The notes beneath the pieces were generated by a model. That model saw only the letters and a list, made by a program, of their open reading frames with translations, was not told where the DNA came from and did no database searches. The position numbers and the translations under genes were made by a program. Of a stretch of DNA of 64,000 nt, positions 1-12,214 are shown piece by piece (the stretch's first letter is position 1; each line of letters begins with the position of its first letter). The DNA comes from Raillietiella orientalis (lineage: Eukaryota): the NCBI GenBank assembly GCA_036172245.1, contig JAYWIR010000013.1, forward strand, positions 3,720,001 through 3,784,000, written 5' to 3'.

Positions 1-2281
1 CGCACTATTATAGTACTTGAAAAAAAGCCATACATTTAGAAAATACTTTGGGCAGAAGGGAGGGGGTCACTACAGGTTGACCTGTGCAACACCCGAATCA
101 CCAATCACGTGTTTTTTTCTTGAGTCTCAACACCGTCTTCCTTGGTTTCGTCCTGTTTCGTTTTCTTGGAAGATTACTCCAGGTGTGCCTGCCTTTCCAT
201 CCTTCTCGAATCTTCTCGTTGGAAGAGCGAGGAGCACTTGCTGCTCGTCGGTTTGGAAAGCTGCGTTTGTATTTTGGTGCGGGCGGTGGAGTTCCCCCAA
301 GTTGTTTCATTGGCGAGCATCTTCGACCTATCTATGCCAGAAGAAAAAAAAAAAAAGGCACTGCGTTTTGAAAGGACGGTCTCTGCATCACGGGAAATGA
401 ACTTCTGCTGTTTGAATAGGATAAAGGCTGCATCCTGTTTGTGTGCGATCCGTACGATTACAATCTTAGCAGCACCTTTCTTATTCCCCTCAGCATCGAC
501 GGCATCCGTGCTAAACAGACAAAGAGCCTCGAGGTATCAGAAGACGTTCTCCAGTCCTTCTTGCTGACAAGTTTGGAGTGACTTCTTATTGCACGGATGC
601 TGCTCCAAAGAACTGTGTCCGAACGTGTCTTTTTTTTTTTGGTAAAGTCGATAGTGGAAACTACTTTGCGAAACCGCCACTCGGGAGGGGAAATAAACAT
701 GGATGGAAAGGGGACTTTTTCCAGAAATTGTCCGTTGCCATTTAGAGCACTTGGGAAGTCGGTTAACCTCCATCGTAAGCAGTTGGCGAACGACTAGGCG
801 TTAGTAGGCGCGAAGATCCGAAATAAGCTGCCCACTGGATGGATTTTGTCGCTCTCGGGAGCGATGTCTTTCCGCCAACTCCGTGGTCGGTCGCCTCTCC
901 ATTCGTTTGCACGTTCAGGCAGCGAGGAAGACGGCAGCAAAGCATCCGCGTTTCGGAGGGTGATGCACTTCTTCCCAAACCCGAGGCACTCCATTTTTCT
1001 TCCATTCTTCACCATGACAACGCACGGGTACCTGGAAGCTCGCGACTGGCGTTCAAGTAGGATCGTTGGCCGCAACGACCGATTCAGCCGTGAGGACGGA
1101 AGAAGGCAAACCACTGGAGAGACACAACAAATCCAGGATCGAACGTCTTCACGAAAACCTCGCGGAAAGAATGACTTTGGAAACGCTCAACCGTAGAAAT
1201 CCTTGGTTGGATTCCGGGCAGCGGTTCTGCTTGCAAGCAGACAGTGATGGATGCGCGCGCGCGCGTCTTTGGATGGCGGTGTTTTGCTTCCTTTGCCTCT
1301 GGAACCAGGTTTTTGGAACATTGATTCGCACGGGCAAGGGCCTCGTCCCGGCTTTCCGGGAAATCACGTAAAGTGGCGAGCGGTGATGTCGCGAGGAATG
1401 TTCTCGGAGATCTCAGTCGAACCCGCGGGGAGGTTTTCGACGTCCGGCGCACACATGCTCCTTGATAAACTCCAAGGTTAGGGGGATAGCATGTGCTCAG
1501 GTTGTTGGATGAGAAAGCAGGAACGGGAGACTCTCGGTTGCGTGCTTCATTTGAAACCCGTGCGGGCCCTCCGGAATAAAGCAAATGCTTGGCCCCGCGA
1601 GCCATCGAGCAAGTGGGTGGTCGAAATACGGTTTCAGAAACACGTCGCCCGGAAGCCAGTCACAGGTAAAAGTTGCCTGAAAAAAAGAGAGGGATCATTA
1701 CTGGCAGAAGCCTGGAACTGCGCAGGGAATGGACCACCTATGTGGGGTCTATGCTGCGCACATGGGAGTTTGGTTATGAACATTCCCTGTTGTTAAGGCT
1801 CCATTGAGGTCGCGCGCACTGATGTTCAAAGGAAATTTCCCAGCTGTTCAGTCAAGAACGAAAACTATCATGAGCTCAGGTGGCAAAAAAAAAAAAGAAA
1901 AAAAAAACAAGAGCAGGAGGGTGTTTTAGAACGAGGGGTGGTTGGAAAAAGTGCCTCCCTAGCGTGGTAGCCCGCGATCGAGTCGAGTGGTTTCCGCTCT
2001 CAAGAGATGTATGGATGGAGACAACAGCATGCTTAACATCGAATTCTGCGTGGAAATGCGGTCGAGCCACGCTATGCAGCAAAGGTGGTTCGACCGTCCG
2101 GTGCGTAGACAGCAGCGACTACTGCTGTCTACGCACTTGTCTGCTGTCTAAACTTTCCATCAACGAGCCTCAACGGAAATGAACTCCTATCCTAATGTGT
2201 TTCAATAGATTTAGTTTCTTGCTTGTGCCCAAGATGCATTTGCAGTTTTAATGTGTGTGCTTATTCTGTTTCCATTTGCAG

Positions 2282-4158
2282 TCACCCCACATCATGTGCG
2301 TCCATCGCAGAAACTATGGCAGTGCTTTTCTTCAAGGTGATGAAGTACCGTATCAGCGACCCGCGCGGAGCCTCCAGCGACCGTTTCGTCTTGTCCAAAG
2401 GGCACGCCGCACCCATTCTGTATGCAGCCTGGGCAGAAGCTGGATTGTTCCCTCTGGAAGAACTTTTAAACCTCCGAAAGTTTGATTCTGATCTCGAGGG
2501 GCATCCGACCCCACGACTAAGTTTTGTGGATGCCGCGACTGGCTCCCTTGGGCAAGGTTTGAGCATTGCCTGCGGAATGGCATACGTTGGAAAATACTTT
2601 GACAAGGCATCATACAGGTTGACGTCAACCGCGGATTGTCCAAAAGAATAATTTGCATTTATAGGGTATATTGCATCGTGGGTGATGGAGAGAGCTCAGA
2701 AGGTTCCATATGGGAGGCGATGCAGTTTGCCGGTCATTACCACCTTGATAATTTGGTCGTAATCTTCGACATCAACCGATTGGGGCAGTCAGACCCCACG
2801 CCCCTACAACATGACATGGAAACATATAAAGCTCGTGTTGAAGCTTTTGGAGCCAAAGCCCATATTGTGGATGGACATGATGTGGCTGCCCTCGTAGCTG
2901 CCTTTGATGCTGCAGAGAAAACTTCCAATAAGCCAACAGCCATTTTGGCGCAAACATATAAAGGCAGGAATCTCGGAGACACCGAAGATCAACTGCAGTG
3001 GCACGGGAAGCCACTGGGTGAAAAGGCAGAAGAAGTCATTCAAAGACTTCAGAAATACATATGTAACCCCAACAAAACATGGCTCAAACCCAATCTACCT
3101 CTCTGTGATTTACCTGATGTTATCGGCGATGAATTGATATCAATAGAGCCGCCTAACTACAAAATTGGGCAAACATACGCTACTCGGCAAGCATATGGAG
3201 TAGCCCTCAGCAAACTTGCCAAGGCACACCCTCGTGTTGTAGCATTTGATGGCGACACCAAAAACTCCACTTTTTCCGAAATGATCAAAAAAGTAAGAAA
3301 TTAACTATTCCTCCATGTTCTTCGATAAGTGTCGTTTTTATGCAGGTTGACTCACAGCGATATGTTGAATGCTTCATAGCAGAGCAAAACATGGTGGGTG
3401 TTGCCATTGGTGCCTCCTGCCGTAAGCGCTGCATTTGTTTTTGCTCCACGTTTGCTGCATTCTTTACACGGGCTTTCGATCACTTGCGAATGGGAGCAAT
3501 CAGCCAGGCCAACATCACTTGTGCAGGCTCCCATGCAGGAATCAGCATTGGAGAGGACGGTCCCAGTCAAATGGGCCTTGAGGATCTTGGCATGTTTCGC
3601 ATGGTGCCAGGATCCACAGTGTTCTATCCGAGTGATGCTGTTAGTACAGAAAGGGCCATGGAGCTGGCTGCTAATACACCTGGCATTTGTTATATTCGTA
3701 CCACACGTCCTGCCACACCTATCATTTATTCCAATGATGAATCCTTTGCCATTGGAAGAGGAAAAGTAGTATGTAAAAGTAATTCTGATCAAGTACTGGT
3801 AGTGGGTGCTGGTGTGACTCTGGAAGAAGCCATGAAAGCAGGCAAGGATTTGGCAAGCCGCAGCATCAACATATGCATTGTGGATTTATTCACCCTGAAA
3901 CCTATTGACTCTGTGTTACTCAAAGAGCAAGCTCTCCGCTGCAAGGGCCGGGTTCTCACTGTAGAAGACCACTATCCAGAGGGTGGATTAGGAGAAGCAG
4001 TGCAGTCTGCTTTAGCATGTGTGCCTAATGTCATTGTAAAGCAACTAGCTGTACGTCAAGTGCCTCGTTCAGGACCTCCTGCTTTGCTCCTTGAGGCATT
4101 TGGCATCTCTGCTGCATGTATTGCACAGACAGTGCTAAGCATGCTGGCAAACAATTGA
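2282..4158 (+). CDS. TKT: Transketolase, 5'-partial; exons 2282-2617, 2665-3292, 3346-4158
   Basis: Translation has [34 protein letters not shown], the TPP-binding GDGE..EG motif, [20 protein letters not shown] and TVEDHY.EGGLG. GT-AG introns of 47 and 53 bp join the frames. The first coding exon (ending ...SG) was not found in 1-2281. Confidence 0.97.
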
Positions 4159-4169
4159 TACCAATACAA

Positions 4170-5256
4170 TTACATAGTAGTAGCTTCATTTTCCATGGGT
4201 ACAGGAGGGATATAGGATTCATTTGCTACTGTAGCTTGCAGTTGATGAATGAGTACCACCAAAGCATGGAATTGTTTCTGTCGCAATTCCAGTTTGGCAT
4301 CCAGCTGTTTTTCAGTATTCTGATTTCAGACAGATATTGACTAGAAGATGAATAATGCAAAGATAACCTGTAAGCTTGCTAACTGTCGCTGTAGTTGGGC
4401 AAGGCGGCGTTCCATCAGACGTCTGTCGGGTTGCTCAGCAATAACTTTGGCAAGCTGGTCATATTCCATTCTATGCTTGCGAATCTGCCGGGCCTTGTGC
4501 AGCTCCTTCTTGGCATCATCAATTTGTCCTTTAGCTTCTTCAATGCGTTGAGCAACAGAACCCAATACAGACTCGTAATTCTGCATTTCAGTCTCATTCA
4601 TTTTACATGCTAGCTGTGACTTCACCATGGTGAATTCACACTGAGCCAACTGCATCAACATCCTTTCATAAACTACACGACTATTAGGAGTTTTGGCACT
4701 TAATTAGTGTGCTATTGACCAACAGCAGCTCACATTTCTGTAGGATCACTATCCATCTGACACCATTTCAAAAATGTTTTTAGGAGTACACTCAGACGAC
4801 GATCATCCCCCATTCCATCTCCATCCAACAACAGCCTACGTCTGATGACCTCTTCTAAAATACAAATTTCCTTTGATCTTAGTCAACAGACATGAAGTAA
4901 ATCTAAATCAAAGGAGCCATTACAAAATCATTTACAGATTGATTTATACTTATGCAATGTCAACATTTTCCATGATTCACGCACAACATCGAATTTTCAT
5001 CTAGAACTTGTTCCAGATCAAAAGAATTTACCTAAGCAATGTAAGTTTCCAAAAACAAAAAATGTCATCTCGTTTTCAATATACTTAAAACGCAATAGAA
5101 TTTTACGAAAGCCTAGCATTCCATGTCTGAAGAATCATAATCAATGATGTGTATTCTTATTTTATTGTGGTCAAACAAAATCAAACACCAACTACCATTC
5201 ACACCAACTTTATTTTACAATAAATAATCCAAATAAACCATACCATCAGTAATCAT
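4170..5256 (-). CDS. THOC7: THO complex subunit 7; exons 5256-5244, 4854-4734, 4680-4368, 4319-4170
   Basis: Spliced product MITDEEVIRRRLLLDGDGMGDDRRLSVLLKTFLKWC...RKHRMEYDQLAKVI...KLELRQKQFHALV matches THOC7 hallmark motifs. All three introns are GT-AG and frame-consistent (389, 53, 48 bp). Confidence 0.95.
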
Positions 5257-8200
5257 GCCTCAGTTTTCTGTCTTAAGTTTGCTTCACAACACAAAAAACA
5301 ATTTATTTACTGGAAATGACACCCTAACATCTGAAAATTACATTTTTCGGATCACATTGTAAACCCTACATGATTCATGAACACGTTTCCAAATTTTACT
5401 TTTCAAAACAAACCATCAAAACTAAATTCCAAATAACTTTATGAGAAATTTCTTAATCTGACGGCCAGTGTGCACCAAAACTACGAAAAACGGCACACTT
5501 GAAGCACCACTTCGTAGTACTGAGTAAATTCGTAAAACTTGACAAAGTTCCTTCGCCTCCGCGTTCACTTGCGTAGCACAAGATTTGAAAAGTCGAGGTT
5601 ACCAGCAAATTTGAATTTTTCTACGATACACATTAACTCAAAGTAGAATTAGAGGAATTCCTTCAAAATACACCTTCTTTACTAAAGCCAGATTCAGAAA
5701 ATAAGCCTAAACATAGCAAAATAGAAATTCAAAATGTAAGGTCTAGTTACCAAACAAATTTGGTTAGTTAACAAGTGAGTAAAAATACTTCCGCTCTAGA
5801 ACCAAACTTTTCAGCTATAAATTTAAATCACATCCGCTCACTAGCACAACGTGTGCTATTCATCTTAATGAGAAGTTGATTTCATCGATGAGAATCTTTC
5901 ATTCAACATATTCGGTACATTTCAGTTGACCTTTTCTTTTTTTGGTTTTCCAAACTCCACGGCGATCAGGATAACAATATCCAAAAATAACTGAGGCGAT
6001 TGCTATATCAAGTAATATTTGTAGATGATAAGATAACAAACACATGAAAACACTTTCCATTCACTCGCTATTGCATAATCAGGAAGAAAACATCAATAAA
6101 TTCAAAGCTAGATCATGTCGTGCATGTTGCTTTTCATTGAAGGCTTTATATGAAAAAGGTGTACCTTCTTGACACACTTACACGAATCTTTCTGTAGCTG
6201 TGATTTAGTTCAGAACATAAAAAGAACAAAAATCCGACACAGACTCACTTAGTAATATCTTGCTGACTCATATTTAGCAGGAAGCCTAACACTGTGATTA
6301 ATTGCAAACTTCTCATAATTTTTCGTTTTTAAGATGTGCTTACATTTCTACATGCATGGGAAATGCTTACTATTAAAATCCCACTAAGCACTAGTGATTT
6401 ACTTCATATTGACGCTTTTTTCCGTTTAGCGAAACATTTATAAGAGAATTACAATTTCTTGTTTGTGTACTGACTCTTGTTTAGTATGCTTGTTAATGTA
6501 CAGTTAAGTTTTCAGATGACGGTTACTGATTAGGTATGAATCTTGAGTTTCATTCATTGCCAACTTTTTGATCGAGTATAATCGCAGTTTTGATTTCATA
6601 AAGGGAAATCTCCAAACTATGACTACACCTTTGGATTCCACCAATTAGGATTTTAAAGAGTTAAAATCGTAATTGGAAAGTAAAACATTAAAGGGCTCAT
6701 TTTACTGAATGACTATTTTATTAACGATAATTGCATCCTTCCTTGTACTTGAAAAAACCAAATATCATGATGTCACGTCAATAATTCACATGAGAATTTT
6801 AAAATTATGATTTCGATTATCTCGAACGATGCCTTTCAATAATTTCACTTACTGAGATAATTTTCTAAAATTTTAACACTGATTCATAAATAAGGAGTCC
6901 AAAAGCAAGCATCAATGAATAAGAAAAACAACCAGTGCTTTTTTTTTTTTTTGGATAAAAATGAATCTTCTTCCATTAGCCAATTCGGGTACATTAATCC
7001 AAAAGATAGTTGCATATGTGGTAATTATTTGAAGTGCCTTCTTTTCTCCAAGTCGAAGCAGTTCCAATTAGAACATCTGGGATATTGTTCAATCTTAGTT
7101 CTCTCAACATGTTCTGCGACAAAATATAATGATTATGTTTTGATGTGTTTATACAGTAGGTAATGTTTGATATCATGTTTTCTTTCTACATGGTTTCTAT
7201 AAATTTATAGTCGAAATACATCATGCAAACATTTTCACATCAATGAAGAAGTAACTGAAAAAAATAGTACATAATCTGAAATCTGAAGATTGCCTATCAC
7301 GTCAATGATTTATGATGGAATAAAATGAGAAGCACTCTCGTTGGTAAAGTGCTATGACTGTTTTTTTTTATTAACAAATTGTGCTGATTTATTCTGCAGA
7401 TTCGATCACTGATAAACAATTTGACGTCTCTTGGATTATCAGGTATGTCAGAAGGGCATTCAAAATCCGAAACACCAAAATGGCAGTGACAACTAATTGA
7501 TTACAAATTGACACATTTATCTACTAAGTTCGTCAGATCTTAAAGACCAGAAATTGTTTTCACTTTTCCATCTGTTTATAATTCTATCCTCCTATGATTA
7601 TCTCCTAATATGGAATAAGTATTTTAAACTACTTGGTCTTCGTATCAGTGGGCTTTAACATATTTTGTGCTGTTCCTTTTGAAGTTCGTTTATATGGCTA
7701 CTGATTCATGAAATACGGTTTCTCAGGTAAAGCTACGATCTTCTACTTTCATTTCTTCGTGTACTTTTCCTGTATCCACAAATGATGACAATTTTGATAA
7801 AATTTTCCATTTAAGTGCCATATTGTAGTCTTTCTGAAAGCGGTGGTTAGTTAAGAACAACTGTGCAAAATCAAAGATGTTCTTTGAAATCTTTTTTTTT
7901 TTTTTTTCATTTTCCAATGATATTATGCTGCTATGTGGAGTCACATTAACTACGATTTGCTCTGTGTACCAAAATAGAAACTGTAGGTTAGCTTCCAATA
8001 TGAAAAAATGTTTAATTTTTATTTGGTATTTTGTCCCGAAAGTTTTTACACCATGTTTACTATTTGCAACGATTGCTCTTATTATTCGTAAACTTGAGTA
8101 AAATGTATTCAGTCTCACACAACATGCAAACAGAAAGAGCTGATCACTCATAGATTTGTTAAACCTACGATTCGGGTTAAAAAAAGTCAAACTCGGTAGA

Positions 8201-10843
8201 TCTCAGTTGACTTCTGTAACAGCACAAGCAAAACATGCTTCGAAACACGTCTTCCCTGACCAATGAAATCTCAGGAAAATACTGAAATCTTATACCCACC
8301 CTTCCAAAAATATAAATAAATAGCAATATCAATCCCAAATGAAACTACTGCAATGATTCAACCAAAAATGCCCTAAAAACATCTGGAAATTATCAACGAA
8401 ATCGAATAGCATTAATATTGTTCGTTTTGCTGATTTCCAAGATTTCCTTAAGAATTCCATTTGGCATTCTGTCTTCTGTGGGATATTAATTTTCAGCGTT
8501 TTACTTTTTATTTTCTATGATTACCTTCGAATCTAAAGCAGTCTCTGCTTCTGAAAGATGAAACAACAAGAATACAATACGAAACCAGTCCGCTTTTGAT
8601 TTTGTCATTCAGACCCCATCAAATATTCAGCCATCGGAGATCCCTTCCGAGAAGTGACCAACTGCATCAACCAAGGCAGCTTTTCTAAGGTTTCAGGAGG
8701 GTCAGGGACACCGTCAGCTGGACTTCATCCGAGCACCCATTTCTAGTTCTCTTCATGAACGAGACTCAAGAAAACATTCTTGGGGAGGTGAAGTCCTGCA
8801 AGTCCTCATCCTGAACCCTGCTAGAAAAATGGATCCCATTATGCATCTAGGCAACATCGTCTTTTCCTAACATTTTGAGAGTAGGTACAGCGTTACAAGA
8901 GTACGGCAAGAGAGCTGTTACAGGATAACTCGATTACTGGAGAGCAAAACAAAGAGACTGGAAAGATCAGCCTAACGTCCTCAGAGGGATGCTTTCAAAA
9001 ATAGGAATTCCACAAGATGAGAAGAGCAAGCTCTTCTCATCTTGTGTACTGCAACTACTCTTTCTGCATTTACCTCACAGGTACTTTAAAAAACGTTTCA
9101 TTATCTTTGAAAACAAGACATTTTTTGAAAATGAACACAGTCCTGAGTCAAGGTATGTAGCAGAGGAGAAACAAACTTTTTATTCTTATAAATATTCTGC
9201 ATACCTAAGATAGCTCAGTTATTTTTCAAATCTTTTCTGTTGGATCAAATAAAAGTAAAACTTATTGTTCTTTATTTTTTTCTTTGAATTGTTTATTCAT
9301 AGCTTTCTTATAATCTTGAATTTATCTCCATCATTATCATTTTTATTTACAGATCTCTTTCAATGAAGGGACCCATATGTAGAACTTTTGGGCATTAATT
9401 TTTTAAAAAATTAATCGTGAGTCATATTTTAAATTTTAATTTAAAAAGTATTTAGACCTTGCTCAATTTTATGCTTTCTTATCGAACATGCTTCATTTAT
9501 GAATAGTTCCTTATCGAAAGGCATCACATACATGAGATGGATACTCAAAACTAATTGATACATGTAATTTTGTCTTTCAGTATAACATTGTCATTTTTGG
9601 ATCTGAAAGCAATAGATCTATTTATAAATGGCATGATTTACGAATCTCGTATTTTAAAGAGTGAATAAATTTAAAATGCAAAGAGTGCTAAATTCACTTT
9701 TGCATTAAGAATCTCTCGAGAGTGAACATAGTGTAAATATGGTATTGTTTAATAAATTTGTAAGATATTATTCTAAACTATATGCATTTATTTAGTAAAT
9801 GTAGTATTGTAATGACTTGTGAATATCAATTGATGTATTGGAAGGATTAGATTGGTATTCCTGATGAAGATGGAGTTAATTAAGTCTGTATAGTGCGAAA
9901 TCTAAAAGGAGTGGACGCCATGTGCAGAATTAGTTTAGATAGAGAATAATGTCGTTACTGATATTACCCGATTCTCATCGTCATTAAGGTAATACGCATA
10001 TCAATAACATTGTAAGGGGAAAATATAATGCACATTGTGTTGATGTAAAATATGGACATCAATTTGGAAGAGGTTTTCAGAAACAGTGTCTTTTTCCGTT
10101 TCATTTTTCCAAACTTCTTGTTCACATAAGGTGGAATATATTCATTTCTTTAAGAAGACGAATTTGAATATACGTTTGCAGAAACATGTGGTTTTGTTGA
10201 AGAACTGAAAGGTGAATAAGCAGTTTTCCCATTCTTTTATCTTTAATTAAAGTAAAGAGGTGCTTCCATATTAAGTTGATTTGTAAGAAAGCGAATTACG
10301 TGAATTAAAGATAGTAAATGATTATTTACGAAACTTTTTTTTAAGTTGAAAGGTATTAATTTGATCGCAGGCAAGTCTTTAGTCTAAGAGATAGGTGTTT
10401 GCCCTAGTGTTACTAGTATCCATGATGCGTTAACGATACCAAGTGTAATGATATTAGTCCAAAGAACAGAAACATGTAGCATTGTATGAGGTATTTCGTA
10501 AAAGACTGTATTCAGATCATTAACATACTGGTTAAGTCAGTATTTTTATCACTGAAAGACGTTTTTTTGAGCGTTAAGGTTAGCATTTTAAACAAATGTG
10601 AATAGACTTCTAACCATTCTTGGATTTTTGGCCAGTTCCTGGGGAGGGTAATGAAACATTATTTATAAAAACTTGTTTTTATCTTCTTCAACTGTTGTAG
10701 AAATTTCAGAGTTAGCATCTATTGATTAATTTTAAAAATGGGCCAATTAAGGTCTTATAGAGTAAAAGTGAATGTATTTAAGCAGCGGACAATAATTCTT
10801 GACAAGATCAAGGCTGTTCTTATAGTAAGTGACTACCAACAAC

Positions 10844-12214
10844 ATGGAACCATGGGGTGCTACCAATACCCTGACCCCTGGTGTTCCCATAGGTTAGCAA
10901 TGGATGAATATATATATGTGCATATGGTGAAATATAATTTTAGATTACAATCTTTATACAGGGGTATATCCACTGGAATATTCAACCCCACAAGATCCAC
11001 AGTATTCATATGGTGTCTACGTGCAGTCATCACTAGAGAATTCTACTCTTACCCCTAGCACAGAGCAAACAGCAGCTAATACCGGCAGTGTTGTACAAAC
11101 TGATGTAGAAACGAATGTTCAGCCATCAGCAGAGGATACATCCACCCAACAGAAGCGACCAGCAACTGCTGTTCATGAAGCTGATGAAGATTTGCCTGCG
11201 GAACTAGTTTGTTTATTTGAACCTCTTTTTTGTCAACTTTGCCTAGCTAAGGTATAACTTTATTGCATAGAAGTCGAGTTAATGACTTTGCAGATGACAT
11301 CAATAACTCAGTCACATATGCACTATCAAGGAAAGCAACACATGAAGAAGCAACAGCATTGGTTAATGAAGCATGCTCAGCAAGCAGGACTACCCCCACC
11401 AAAGAAGAAAAAGCTTAATAAAGACAAAAAAGCAAACTCCTCAAATATGAAACAAACTGGAAATTTGATACCATCAGATGGTATCAACTGCTTTACAGGA
11501 GACAATGAGCGCTATTGTAGTTGTTGTGAAGTAGCATTCACTTCAGTTCAACATGCACAGCAACATTATGCTGGTCGCAATCACCGTCGGGTGCGGGAAG
11601 GGAAGAAACCCTTAAGAACTGGATACTACAACCGGTTTACAGGAAAATGGCAACGCTTGTAATTATAACACAGTTAATGAAGGATGGTACTTAGCTTTCT
11701 TACAGACCTCCAGAAGAAACACATCCCATTCATTCAAACAAATTGAAATTTCTTTTGCAAGAACATTATCGAAAGAAAATACATTCTGAAGGATCACTAT
11801 CTGAAGAATCACCAGCCCCTCCTGAGATGCCTGCTGCTCCAAGGACTCCTGCAAAAAGACTAAGGAAGAAGCGTGGCAAATATCTGTATGTTGTAAATTA
11901 TTCTACTGTGTATTCCCATTTTTCCTATAGCACAGACGCAAATCTTAAAAAATCCCCAGAATCTAGAACACATGGAAGAGGGGAAAAAAACACCAATCAC
12001 CACCCTGACTCAGATTTTGACCTGAATGAGTACAGAATTCCTTCAGGTATACACTACTTTGATGAATGGCTATGTGCAATTAATGATTTAATTAGGACAT
12101 CTGTTTTGTTCCACTTGCAATGTGAAACTGTCCCATGAAGAGCAGTTTCTGCAACATTTGAACAGTAAAAGGCATCATGCTAACTTTGCATCATTACGTT
12201 CCGCTCATCTGTGA
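10844..12214 (+). CDS. Matrin/U1-type C2H2 zinc-finger protein (ZMAT/ZNF385/ZNF346-like); exons 10844-10892, 10944-11251, 11294-11658, 11706-11885, 11931-12046, 12096-12214
   Basis: Three widely spaced fingers: CQLC..(x12)..HYQGKQH, CSCC..HYAGRNH, CSTC..HLNSKRH. There is a basic NLS-like PPKKKK. Introns of 42-51 bp are GT-AG and keep frame. AATAAA at 12562. Start exon is less certain. Confidence 0.88.

Noticed and set aside
1900..2281. TPP riboswitch in the transketolase intron
   Set aside because: The conserved CUGAGA and CCUGAU...AAU...GCGUAGGGA elements are absent, and such riboswitches are not established in animals.
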